26,507 bases of DNA from Bdellovibrionota bacterium (lineage in GTDB: Bacteria > Bdellovibrionota_C > UBA2361 > JBGSMV01), in NCBI GenBank assembly GCA_044356455.1, contig JBIKWF010000058.1, positions 1 through 26,507 on the forward strand, written 5' to 3'. Made by a program: the position numbers and the translations under genes. How positions within the stretch are numbered: the first letter of the stretch is position 1; each line of letters opens with the position of its first letter. Positions 8,976 through 17,875 of this stretch are shown in pieces. Under the pieces are notes generated by a model. The model did no database searches. It saw nothing but the letters and a program-made list of their open reading frames with translations, and was not told the origin of the DNA.

Positions 8976-9152
8976 CTAACTTCTCAGGCGGTGCGCCAGG
9001 CGCGGTGCCTGAGATTCCATCTTAAGGAAGGCCAGACTTCGGCGGTCGTCTTGTGTGCGCTTGGCGCCTGTGTAATAGCGAGAAGCCTTGTGATTCCCTC
9101 CCATCTCGTACCACACTTGTAGCTCTACGATTATATTCTCCCGCGGCGCTCT

Positions 9153-10907
9153 ATGAAGTTGCTTTTCTCTTATCTCGCTCCACTCTGGAAGTTGGTTGCT
9201 CTCACGCTCCTGCTCGCGACTATCAACCAGGTATTTTCCCTGCTCGATCCCCTTATATTTCGCCACGTCATCGACGACTATGCCACGAAATATCAGGAGT
9301 ACTCAGAGTCTGAGTTTCTTAGGGGCGTACTTATGCTCCTTGCCGCCGCAGTTGGCGTGGCATTTGTCTCTCGGGTAGCTAAAAACTTTCAAGATTATTT
9401 CGTCAATGTAATCTCTCAGCGCATTGGCGCTCGCATTTATTCTGACGGACTTCGGCATTCTCTTCAACTCCCCTATGCGGTGTTCGAAGACCAGCAGAGC
9501 GGCGAAACGTTAGGGAAACTGCAGAAAACAAGAACCGATGTGGAAAAGCTCATGGCCGCGGCGGTGAATGTGCTTTTTACGACACTGGTTGGTTTTGTTT
9601 TTGTGATCACCTATGCAATTTCGGTGCATTGGCTCATTGCCCCCATTTATTTCAGCGTCTTCCCCATTATCGGTGGAGTGAGTCTTGCGCTCAGCCGCCG
9701 TATAAAAATTGTTCAGCAATCAATTGTCCGCGAAACAACGGCACTCGCCGGGAGTACCACGGAATCTCTCCGCAATATTGAGCTTGTAAAAAGCCTCGGT
9801 CTTGCGGAACAAGAAATCAATCGGCTGGAGCGCACCACGGATAGGATCCTTGAACTTGAGCTCAAGAAAGTTCGCTATATTCGAAAACTGAGCTTCATTC
9901 AGGGCACCACCATTAATTTTCTCAGGACCAGCATCATGTTCGTGATGCTGTACCTCATTTTTCTGAGAGAGATATCCTTTGGCGAATTCTTTTCTCTCTA
10001 CATCTATTCCTTTTTTATCTTTGGCCCTCTTCAAGAGCTTGGCAATATCATCGCACTTTACCGAGAGGCTGAGGTTTCGTTGGGGAAATTCGAAGAAATT
10101 CTCACCATTCCTGTTGAACCAAAGCCGGCAAACCCCAAACAAATTACCAACGTGGATGAGGTCTCGTTCGAGGGGGTTTCCTTTAGCTATGCGTCTGCTT
10201 CGAGACCCGCGCTTCAAGAGGTGAACTTCAAAGTTTCGCGAGGGCAAACGGTGGCGTTCGTAGGGCCTTCAGGCTCTGGCAAGACCACGGTTATCAAGCT
10301 GCTTGCGGGGTTGTATGCGCCGACCCGCGGGGTAGTTCGCTATAGTGGGGTGAGTGGTCTCGAGATTGATTTTGATGTGCTTCGTGAGCGCCTTGGTTTG
10401 GTGACGCAGGATACTCAGCTTTTTGCGGGGACTATCCGAGAGAACCTCCTTTTTGTAAGGCCGGAGGCTACAGACGCCGAATGTCTCGAGGCGCTAAGGA
10501 GCGCGGCATGTGCCACTCTGCTCGATCGCGCAGCGAAGGGACTTGATACCATGATAGGCGAAGGGGGAATTAAGCTCTCCGGTGGTGAGCGGCAGCGTTT
10601 GTCTATTGCGCGAGCCTTGCTCAGAAAGCCTCAAATCTTGGTGTTTGACGAGGCTACCTCCGCACTTGATTCTCTTACCGAGGAGGAGATCAATCGGACC
10701 ATACGTGATGTTTCTTCGGCGCGTAGCCATTTGACCGTTTTGGTTGCCCACCGGCTTTCTACGGTAATGCATGCCGATCGGATTATTGTTCTCGAAAGGG
10801 GGCATGTTGCAGAGCAGGGGAGACATGATGAGCTTTTAGCCCTTAAGGGGCTGTATTATGCGATGTGGCGTCAGCAGATAGGTGAGGGGAGAGCCGTATC
10901 CGCTTAA
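9153..10907 (+). CDS. ABC exporter, fused permease/ATP-binding protein (ABCB/MdlB-like)
   Basis: N-terminal TM domain; Walker A GPSGSGKT, LSGGERQR, Walker B ILVFDEATSALD, AHRLST. Confidence 0.95.
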   Translation: MKLLFSYLAPLWKLVALTLLLATINQVFSLLDPLIFRHVIDDYATKYQEYSESEFLRGVLMLLAAAVGVAFVSRVAKNFQDYFVNVISQRIGARIYSDGLRHSLQLPYAVFEDQQSGETLGKLQKTRTDVEKLMAAAVNVLFTTLVGFVFVITYAISVHWLIAPIYFSVFPIIGGVSLALSRRIKIVQQSIVRETTALAGSTTESLRNIELVKSLGLAEQEINRLERTTDRILELELKKVRYIRKLSFIQGTTINFLRTSIMFVMLYLIFLREISFGEFFSLYIYSFFIFGPLQELGNIIALYREAEVSLGKFEEILTIPVEPKPANPKQITNVDEVSFEGVSFSYASASRPALQEVNFKVSRGQTVAFVGPSGSGKTTVIKLLAGLYAPTRGVVRYSGVSGLEIDFDVLRERLGLVTQDTQLFAGTIRENLLFVRPEATDAECLEALRSAACATLLDRAAKGLDTMIGEGGIKLSGGERQRLSIARALLRKPQILVFDEATSALDSLTEEEINRTIRDVSSARSHLTVLVAHRLSTVMHADRIIVLERGHVAEQGRHDELLALKGLYYAMWRQQIGEGRAVSA

Positions 10908-11011
10908 GGGGCCAGCGCGCCTTTTCGGGTGGGCTTAGAGACCGGGGGAGTTAGGCGCCTAAGCCACTGAATTTATTGTCAACAGAACGCTCTCATACTA
11001 TACCCTTAGCC

Positions 11012-11935
11012 ATGCGCACACTTCTTGATGAGCTTTTCCTCAACATCCCTTGCGGCTTCCGCAGGACTTCCCAAATCTGTGCATCGCTTTTCGCTGGTGC
11101 CCTAAGTTTTGTTGTTGCCGGATGCAGTGTTCCTGACCCAGACCTTGTCACTCACGTAGTCGACCCTTCTGCGGTGATGCGCGGGAAAGAGCTCGCTCAG
11201 GGGCTTGCTGCCTGCGGATTTTGCCACGGTCAAAGTGCAGACGCGCAGAGTCCTCTGAGTGGTGGGCGAGTTGTTTATGATAAGTATGGAGAGGTGGCCT
11301 CTCCCAATATCACGGGATCCGCCTCGGGAGTCGGGGCGTGGACTACCAATCAGCTTGTACGTGCGATCCGTGCCGCAGTAAAGAAAGACGATGCGCTCCT
11401 ATCGCCAGAAGTCCATCGCGGATTTGAGTGGATGGCGGATGAAGATGTCCTCTCGATTGTAAGCTATTTGAGATCCCTGCCTCCTATAGAGAATGAGGTA
11501 GAAGCTCGTGACATCTCTTTTATTGATCGAAACACTACCGGCTTTTTTGATAGGGCGCAGGAGGTTCGTGGCTACGTCGCACGAATTCAGCCTAGATTTG
11601 AAATCGCCTACGGGGAGTATCTCGCAACCAGAGTAGCGCGTTGCCAATCCTGTCATAATGGTCCCGCAACCTTACTTACCGAGGAGCTGCCCTTTGCCGG
11701 TGGCAAATCCATTAAGACTGAGTCAGGAGAGCGCATTGCGCCTGCAATTACCGGCGCGGAGATCGATGGTCTTGGAAACTGGAGCGAGGAGCAGATTGTG
11801 CATTATCTGCAGAGCGGCGAAACGCCTGAAGGCCGCTCAATCGATGCTGCCTTTTGCCCTACAAATTTCTATCGGAACGCGGCCCCCTCTGATCTCAAAG
11901 CAATTGCGCATTTTTTAAAGGCAGTGCGGCCTTAA
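11012..11935 (+). CDS. Diheme cytochrome c, probable lipoprotein
   Basis: Two CxxCH motifs (CGFCH, CQSCH), each followed by PNIT/PAIT..G.G.W; lipobox-like VVAGC; ATG 11012 preferred over TTG 10976. Confidence 0.88.
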   Translation: MRTLLDELFLNIPCGFRRTSQICASLFAGALSFVVAGCSVPDPDLVTHVVDPSAVMRGKELAQGLAACGFCHGQSADAQSPLSGGRVVYDKYGEVASPNITGSASGVGAWTTNQLVRAIRAAVKKDDALLSPEVHRGFEWMADEDVLSIVSYLRSLPPIENEVEARDISFIDRNTTGFFDRAQEVRGYVARIQPRFEIAYGEYLATRVARCQSCHNGPATLLTEELPFAGGKSIKTESGERIAPAITGAEIDGLGNWSEEQIVHYLQSGETPEGRSIDAAFCPTNFYRNAAPSDLKAIAHFLKAVRP

Positions 11936-11946
11936 AAGTTATCTAG

Positions 11947-12072
11947 GAAACCTCTGAAAAAACGCGAAAGAGACCTTTTCTTGTCCTGTTTTCCCTCCGC
12001 GTTATTTAATAGTTTTCAAATAACGGGGGGGGACGCAGAGGGTGCTAAGAACGGAGGTTGTTCAGAGGCTTG
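11947..12072. mobile_element. MITE-like element, family B copy 4 (degenerate)
   Basis: CTAG then GAAACCTCTGAAAAAA ... GTTGTTCAGAGGCTTG; internal CGTTATTT/AAATAACG hairpin; right target site lost. Confidence 0.55.
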
Positions 12073-12082
12073 TCGTGCTTCA

Positions 12083-12116
12083 GGAGTCCCTTTTGAGCCA
12101 TTTCGAAAGGGATTCC
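12083..12116. repeat. 14-bp imperfect inverted repeat upstream of tsaD
   Basis: GGAGTCCCTTTTGA / TCGAAAGGGATTCC, 12/14 complementary, with the mismatches as G-U pairs. Confidence 0.45.
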
Positions 12117-12157
12117 TAAAGAAGCCATAAATCTGAGAGTCGGAGGGGGGGCTTGCA

Positions 12158-13195
12158 GTGCTTGTAGTGGGGCTTGAAAGTAGTTGTGATGAGACTGCCG
12201 CTGCGCTGCTGGAAGTTCATCCTGATGGCAAAACTAAACTCCTTGCGGAAGGGGTTTCTTCGCAGATTAGTCTTCATGCTCAGTATGGAGGGGTAGTTCC
12301 AGAGCTTGCTTCTAGGGAGCATCTTAGAAATTTCCCTCTCGTTCTTGATAAGGTCCTTCAAGATGCTGGAGTTGGCCTTGAAGCAATTTCTCATGTCGGA
12401 GTGACGTCGGGGCCGGGTCTTAAGGGGTGCCTGCTCATAGGCGTGGGGTTCGCTCGTGGATTTGCGATGGCCCGTGGCCTGCCGCTTCTTGGTATCAACC
12501 ATATAGAGGGGCACCTTCTTGCCGCAAAACTCGAACATCCCGAACTAGAGTTTCCGTTTCTTGCGCTTGTGGTTTCTGGTGGACACACCGAACTGATCGA
12601 GGTTCGTAGTTTGGGAAATTACCATGTCTTGGCGCGTACCATTGATGATGCGGCAGGGGAGGCGTTTGATAAGTCAGCCCACTTGCTTGGGCTCCCTTAT
12701 CCCGGTGGACCTGAGCTCGCGCGTCTTGCGGAGGGCGCTGATGAAAAACTGAGGGACGAGCTCTTCAAGGCCTTACCAAAGGTAATGAGGGAAGCCGAAG
12801 GGTTTAGTTTCTCTGGTTTAAAAACTGCCATAGCTTTGCTTGTTAAACGCGAAGCCAATAATCTTGCGGGCAATCCTCTCTATCGGGCGGCGCTGGCTTC
12901 TGCCATACAGGATTCGATTTTGGAGGCTCTTCTCCATAAAGTGAAGCTTGCGATTAAGGCCACTCAGCTAAAGCAGTTCGTTGTCACGGGAGGGGTCGCC
13001 GCAAACCGAGAACTGAGAAAGAGAGTTCAGTCAATTAAGGGGGTAAAGGCCTTTTTCCCGTCACCGGAGCATTGTGTCGATAATGCTGCTATGATCGCGT
13101 ATGTTGCAGGGCTGCGGTTCGCTGCAGGACAGCAGCCTTCATATAGCCCAGAGATAAAGAGTCGCTGGCCCGTGGAAGCCTGTGGGACGCCATAA
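12158..13195 (+). CDS. tsaD: tRNA N6-threonylcarbamoyladenosine(37) transferase subunit TsaD
   Basis: GLESSCDET, YGGVVPELASREH, NHIEGH, VSGGHT, DDAAGEAFDK, GGVAAN, DNAAMIA. Confidence 0.97.
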   Translation: MLVVGLESSCDETAAALLEVHPDGKTKLLAEGVSSQISLHAQYGGVVPELASREHLRNFPLVLDKVLQDAGVGLEAISHVGVTSGPGLKGCLLIGVGFARGFAMARGLPLLGINHIEGHLLAAKLEHPELEFPFLALVVSGGHTELIEVRSLGNYHVLARTIDDAAGEAFDKSAHLLGLPYPGGPELARLAEGADEKLRDELFKALPKVMREAEGFSFSGLKTAIALLVKREANNLAGNPLYRAALASAIQDSILEALLHKVKLAIKATQLKQFVVTGGVAANRELRKRVQSIKGVKAFFPSPEHCVDNAAMIAYVAGLRFAAGQQPSYSPEIKSRWPVEACGTP

Positions 13196-13296
13196 GAGGC
13201 AAATTACATTTTTTGTTTTGCATCCTTGAGTCTCCTGGGCGGGGGCTTGTAGAGGGACACCGTGGCTTGAAGAGGTGAGTTTTTAAGAGATTCCGT

Positions 13297-14142
13297 ATGA
13301 GACCCCGCGCAAAAGACGAATTGTCTTCCCTCTCGGTTACGCCGTCCAAGGAGCGTGGCCAGAATTTTATTATTAATCCTTTCGTTGTTGAAAAAATTGT
13401 TCAGTTTGGGGCTCCCCAGCCACATGAAAAGCTTGTGGAGATTGGGCCAGGGCTGGGCGCGCTCACGGCTGCCCTGGTAAATGCGGCTCCCCTTACTATT
13501 GTTGAGATTGAGCCAAGATTCTGCGCTGAGCTTGCGGCGAGATTTCCTTCTCTCACGATCGTTCAGTCAGACGTGAGACGAGTAGATTTTTCTACGCTTG
13601 GCTCGGATCTCACCGTATTTGGAAATCTGCCCTATTCATTCTCTACCGATATTATTTTCCACCTTTTAAAGAATCGTAAGTCCATTCGCCGCGCAGTCAT
13701 TATGCTTCAGCGTGAGTTCGCTGAGCGTGTGGCTGCCGATCCAGGGAGTAAGACCTATGGAAGCCTCTCTGTTGCGGTTCAGCTTTATGCCGATGCGTTT
13801 CTTGGTCCTATTATTGCTGGAGACTCTTTCCATCCCCCGACCAAAGTTGAGTCTCGACTTTTGCAGCTTACGATGCGGGCGTCTCCGCTCGTCGACGTCC
13901 AGGACCTTGAGTTTTTCGAGAAGGTCGTGCGTGCGGCCTTTATGCGGCGGCGAAAAAAGATAGCAAATAGTCTATCGGGCAGTGGCATTTTTACGGAAGA
14001 GGACGTTGAGGCAGCGCTCAAGGAAACTCAGCTCGATAGTTCGCGGCGTGCTGAAAGCTTCTCAATGCATGAATTTGCGCTTCTCGCGGAAGCCCTCTAT
14101 CGACGTCGAAAGGTAGAGGGAAAAAACGACCAGGCCGAGTAG
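13297..14142 (+). CDS. rsmA: 16S rRNA adenine dimethyltransferase RsmA/KsgA
   Basis: GQNF, EIGPGLGALT, GNLPY, MLQREFAER, YGSLSV, FHPPTKVES, RRK. Confidence 0.96.
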   Translation: MRPRAKDELSSLSVTPSKERGQNFIINPFVVEKIVQFGAPQPHEKLVEIGPGLGALTAALVNAAPLTIVEIEPRFCAELAARFPSLTIVQSDVRRVDFSTLGSDLTVFGNLPYSFSTDIIFHLLKNRKSIRRAVIMLQREFAERVAADPGSKTYGSLSVAVQLYADAFLGPIIAGDSFHPPTKVESRLLQLTMRASPLVDVQDLEFFEKVVRAAFMRRRKKIANSLSGSGIFTEEDVEAALKETQLDSSRRAESFSMHEFALLAEALYRRRKVEGKNDQAE

Positions 14143-14157
14143 GCAAACGAGGAGCGT

Positions 14158-16533
14158 TTAGTTGTTCGGGTCAAACCAGGAGTAGCGAGAAAGGGCTGCA
14201 AGTATTGCAGGCCGGGAGACCGCGCAGCCAAGGATTTGAGCAAGTATCTTTGATCTCTTCACCATACTTGCCTTGGGGCAATGCTGCCGCAGTGCTTTTT
14301 CTTTATTGGAGGCAAGCGTGGTGGGATCGATCAATCCTTCTTCGAGGTAGAAGCTCATTTCTTTGCCGCCTTCTCTGCTTAAGGGATGTCCTTCGGGAAT
14401 CTCAGCTGGAAAAACCTTCTCTTTGATTGCATAGAGAACAAGGGTGCGCACGCCTGAGAGCCCAAGCAGAGTAAGAGCTTGCTTCGTGCGAAGATCTCGC
14501 CCTTCAAAACCATCGAGGGTCTCGCTGATTTCACGTAGAAATGAGTGCTTGTTCTCAAGAAGACGTTCCTCATTTTTAAATACGGTGGGCTCAAAATAAA
14601 GAGAGCGATTCTTTTTCCCACGAAGTGTGTACGGGTGATTCGCGGGGCGTTTCGCAATCGGGAACTCCAGTTCGACTATGCGTGCTGCGATGCTCAGCCG
14701 ATTAGGCTTGCAGTTAAGCATCGCGCAGAGTGAGGCGTCGCGGTCTGGTAAGCAGTCGAGGTTTGGGTAGTGCTCCCCAATATGTCGTTTCATGTTGAGC
14801 AACTTTACGCGAGGGCCAACGAGGTCTTCGTCAAAATACGCGGAAAGGGTGTCACGAGGTAACCTATGGTCTCGAGGGATTCGTGGCAGAAGAATTCGTT
14901 GGCGCAGAAGTGCCCGCCTAACTTCTTCTACGGTTCCCTTTTGTGGGTCGATTCCCAAAAGTGCACAATCTACTGCGGAGATACGGTCCTTTCGAACGTG
15001 GTCCAGGGTTGGGAATTTTTCATAGAGAGCTTTACGGGCATTTATCTTGGCCCAAGCTGGGCCAACAGCCTGAGCATTAAAATAGAGCGACCTATACTTG
15101 AGGCCCGACATCGGGTGCTTGGCAGGACGCTCAGGACTCATCAAGTCAGCGTCAATGAAGGCCTTTGCGAGCGTGGCCTGTGAGACTTCGTCTCTAGGTA
15201 GGTCCACTAGTCTAAGCAGCTCAGGAGTGCGCGAAAGGTGGTCGAGAGAAGGGTGTTTCTTGAGAAGTAAGGCTCTGACGATCTCCTTTCCTTGCGGGGG
15301 AAAGTGCTGAGGTAAAAAAGGAATCTGAGTAAATCCCAGGGATTCTCGCAAATATGCAATCTCTTTTTGGGTAGATCTGCGTATATTAGAAAAGAAGTCT
15401 AGGTTATCTGCATAGAGTGAAAGGTTTGACCACCCGGGGGAGGCGTGGGGTGCAATAGCAAGCTCACGACCAAGAAATTCGAACCCAAGCGGCTTAACTT
15501 TCCCAGCCCACAGGGGCACCGGAATTCTCTTCGGCTCTGCGCTAAAATGGTTTTGAGCGAAAGCTTCAAGTTCACTCATGCGTGTTGAAATCAAGGATTT
15601 TGCACAGCCGTCGATTTGGCCAATTTGATCGTAACGAAGACCTAGCTGACGAAGGGCAAGGTAGCGCGTTGCGCGAGGACCAAGCTGTGCATGAAGTTTC
15701 TCAAGCTCCTCATTAAATGCAGCCTTGACCGAAACTTCCTCGCGAGGTGCGCTAGCCCGGTCCTCTGCATGCGAGACCGTGCGGCCATTAATTCTATTCA
15801 ATCTTAGCGCTCTCCTATATTCTTTAGGGGAGAGTTTCGCTTGTTGCTGTACCTCTTCACTTTCTAGAGCCGGGGCAATGCCTGTTTGCTTAAAGATGCG
15901 ATCTTGTGCACGTAGTAGTTCGGCTTCTTCAGGAGTCCGGTACTGATGCTGAGCGGTCTCTTTTCGAAGAATGCTCACCGTCTTATTCAGAAGCACCCTA
16001 AGAATGAACGGGCGGTAACGCCCAAGTTCTGGATTAAAATCACCTATTGCGCGGTGTAGCTCAGAGAGAAGTTCTTCTCGTAGCGGGTACGTCCTTGCTA
16101 AAAAAGAAAACTTGTATGCTATTTTTCCGAGAAGGGGGGTCGACTGAGCGACTATCCCGGACAGAACCAAGGGGGCATTGGCGCCCTCGCGCCAGGTAGC
16201 GAGAGAGAGGACTTTGTTGCTCGCAAGTTCTGTAAGAAGCCTTCCCATTCGCACTTCACGTCGCTCGGAGGGCGGCGATCTCTCCATTGACAATACTATC
16301 TCTTCTAGCATCTGAGGAGAGAGGCCTATGGCGGGTCCTGCCTGCCGAGATTTCTTGAGACAGATGGCGTCAAGTAGAGCCTCAACCTCCTCACGTGAGA
16401 GCCGAGCAGCCTGAGCGGAGACCGGCTTTAGCTCAATGTCGACCGCGAACGGACGAGGGACAGGCGCCTCTTTGGGAGCCTCCGTAGGTGTCTGTGAGGA
16501 TGTTTCGTTTTTCGTGCTCGAGATGGGGGGCAT
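14158..16533 (-). CDS. Divergent sigma-70-like protein with C-terminal ~81-aa tandem repeats
   Basis: aa ~125-325 resemble sigma regions 2, 3 and 4; periodic PxxH, SLYF and PxLD motifs in aa ~415-791. Confidence 0.7.
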   Translation of the reverse strand: MPPISSTKNETSSQTPTEAPKEAPVPRPFAVDIELKPVSAQAARLSREEVEALLDAICLKKSRQAGPAIGLSPQMLEEIVLSMERSPPSERREVRMGRLLTELASNKVLSLATWREGANAPLVLSGIVAQSTPLLGKIAYKFSFLARTYPLREELLSELHRAIGDFNPELGRYRPFILRVLLNKTVSILRKETAQHQYRTPEEAELLRAQDRIFKQTGIAPALESEEVQQQAKLSPKEYRRALRLNRINGRTVSHAEDRASAPREEVSVKAAFNEELEKLHAQLGPRATRYLALRQLGLRYDQIGQIDGCAKSLISTRMSELEAFAQNHFSAEPKRIPVPLWAGKVKPLGFEFLGRELAIAPHASPGWSNLSLYADNLDFFSNIRRSTQKEIAYLRESLGFTQIPFLPQHFPPQGKEIVRALLLKKHPSLDHLSRTPELLRLVDLPRDEVSQATLAKAFIDADLMSPERPAKHPMSGLKYRSLYFNAQAVGPAWAKINARKALYEKFPTLDHVRKDRISAVDCALLGIDPQKGTVEEVRRALLRQRILLPRIPRDHRLPRDTLSAYFDEDLVGPRVKLLNMKRHIGEHYPNLDCLPDRDASLCAMLNCKPNRLSIAARIVELEFPIAKRPANHPYTLRGKKNRSLYFEPTVFKNEERLLENKHSFLREISETLDGFEGRDLRTKQALTLLGLSGVRTLVLYAIKEKVFPAEIPEGHPLSREGGKEMSFYLEEGLIDPTTLASNKEKALRQHCPKASMVKRSKILAQILGCAVSRPAILAALSRYSWFDPNN

Positions 16534-16609
16534 CGCCAGGTTCCAGGCTGCTAGTCAAAGTGTCCCAAGCGGGGCGTGGCTATTCACAAAGGTGCTGCAG
16601 CATTTCCAA

Positions 16610-16870
16610 TTACGAGGGCACTCGCAACCCTTGCTCTCTTTCACCTCGTTCAGCTGCTGCTCCCGCAGAGCCTCTTTTGTTGAAAAAATCATCCGGAATT
16701 GCTCCGACCAGTTTCTCGACAGAATCACGTTTCACCCTCCAGTCAGAGCCGAGCTTAAATCCCTGTATCGTGCCGTCCCGAATTAGGTCGTAAACCTTGG
16801 GGCGGTGAATGCGAAGCAGAAGCGCCACCTCTTTTACTGTTAAAAGCATCGGATTCTTTGGATTGCTCAT
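16610..16870 (-). CDS. Excisionase-like (HTH_17/BldC-type) DNA-binding protein
   Basis: LLTVKEVALLLRIHRPKVYDLIRDGTIQGFKLGSDWRV; AGGAG RBS upstream on the minus strand. Confidence 0.9.
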   Translation of the reverse strand: MSNPKNPMLLTVKEVALLLRIHRPKVYDLIRDGTIQGFKLGSDWRVKRDSVEKLVGAIPDDFFNKRGSAGAAAERGEREQGLRVPS

Positions 16871-17098
16871 ATGGACTCCTACTTCCTGAATCAGCTTTGA
16901 AGCAACGCGCTTCGCTGCGACTAACTCATGCGCACCGCAATTGCCTGTTAGGTGTCTTGCGCTGCTCTCACCACCTTAAATCGTCAGATTCGAACTCTCG
17001 ATTCATAGGTAGGAAGTGGATTTTGGGGTGTGGGAATTAGGGAGATGCTCCTAAGAGTTTCTCTTGGTGCGTAAAAGCCCAGTATTGAGGGTCCTGAT

Positions 17099-17875
17099 TT
17101 ACTTACAGGCACAGTCCTCTATTGCAGGCGAACGTGTGGCATGGACGAGGCGCGAGACCTCATCAATAAGTTCATCGAACTCTGCGGGAGCCTGCTCAAG
17201 GTAACGAATGACGTGGTGATCAGCCTCGGAATACATCTTCACTCGCTTAGAGAGGGAGTTCTGTGCTGCGTCCATAAGCCGACGCGGAATTTCGCCCGGG
17301 ATTACCTTATCTTGTCCACCTGCAAGGATGAGCAAGTGTCCCCTGAAGTGAGCAAGAATCTCCCAGGCGTCGCTCTGCTCCCAGCTGCGCTCTTGCCGGA
17401 TAATGCGAGTGAACTCCGGCCCAAAGGGAACTCGGTAGGCATCAGGGTGGTAGACGGCGGGAACGCTGAGCACAAGAACCTCAGGTTCTACAGTCTGGCT
17501 TAGACGGACTGCATTATACGCGCCCATGCTAGACCCCCACAGAACTTGCGGGCGCTTCAGGCACACCTGCTTGATTATTTCCTCGGCTTGTTCGTCTCGG
17601 GCCGCAAGGCTTGATGCACTAAGCTCCCCGCCGGTTTTGCCGTGCCCTACAAAGTCAAAGGAAATGCTACCTAGTCCCGCGGCGGCCAAACGCTCTCGTA
17701 ACGTAGTGAAGCGAGCGGATTCTCCAGCGCCTGCTCCATGCAATAAAAGTATTGGACCGGGTTCTCGGATACTCGCTGCGGAGGGGGCCCCTCCAGGTGC
17801 GTGGAGGAGCGTGCCTCTAAGCGCGAAGGTGTTCCAAGGAACGGAAAAATTTGTTTCAAGGGGGATTTCTGGCAT
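17099..17875 (-). CDS. Alpha/beta-fold hydrolase
   Basis: LLLHGAG, FDFVGHG, nucleophile GSSMG, Asp in GQDKVIP, His in ADH. Confidence 0.9.
   Translation of the reverse strand: MPEIPLETNFSVPWNTFALRGTLLHAPGGAPSAASIREPGPILLLHGAGAGESARFTTLRERLAAAGLGSISFDFVGHGKTGGELSASSLAARDEQAEEIIKQVCLKRPQVLWGSSMGAYNAVRLSQTVEPEVLVLSVPAVYHPDAYRVPFGPEFTRIIRQERSWEQSDAWEILAHFRGHLLILAGGQDKVIPGEIPRRLMDAAQNSLSKRVKMYSEADHHVIRYLEQAPAEFDELIDEVSRLVHATRSPAIEDCACK

Noticed and set aside
16610..16870. Prophage or ICE implied by the excisionase-like gene
   Set aside because: No integrase, att repeats, phage or conjugation genes in the window
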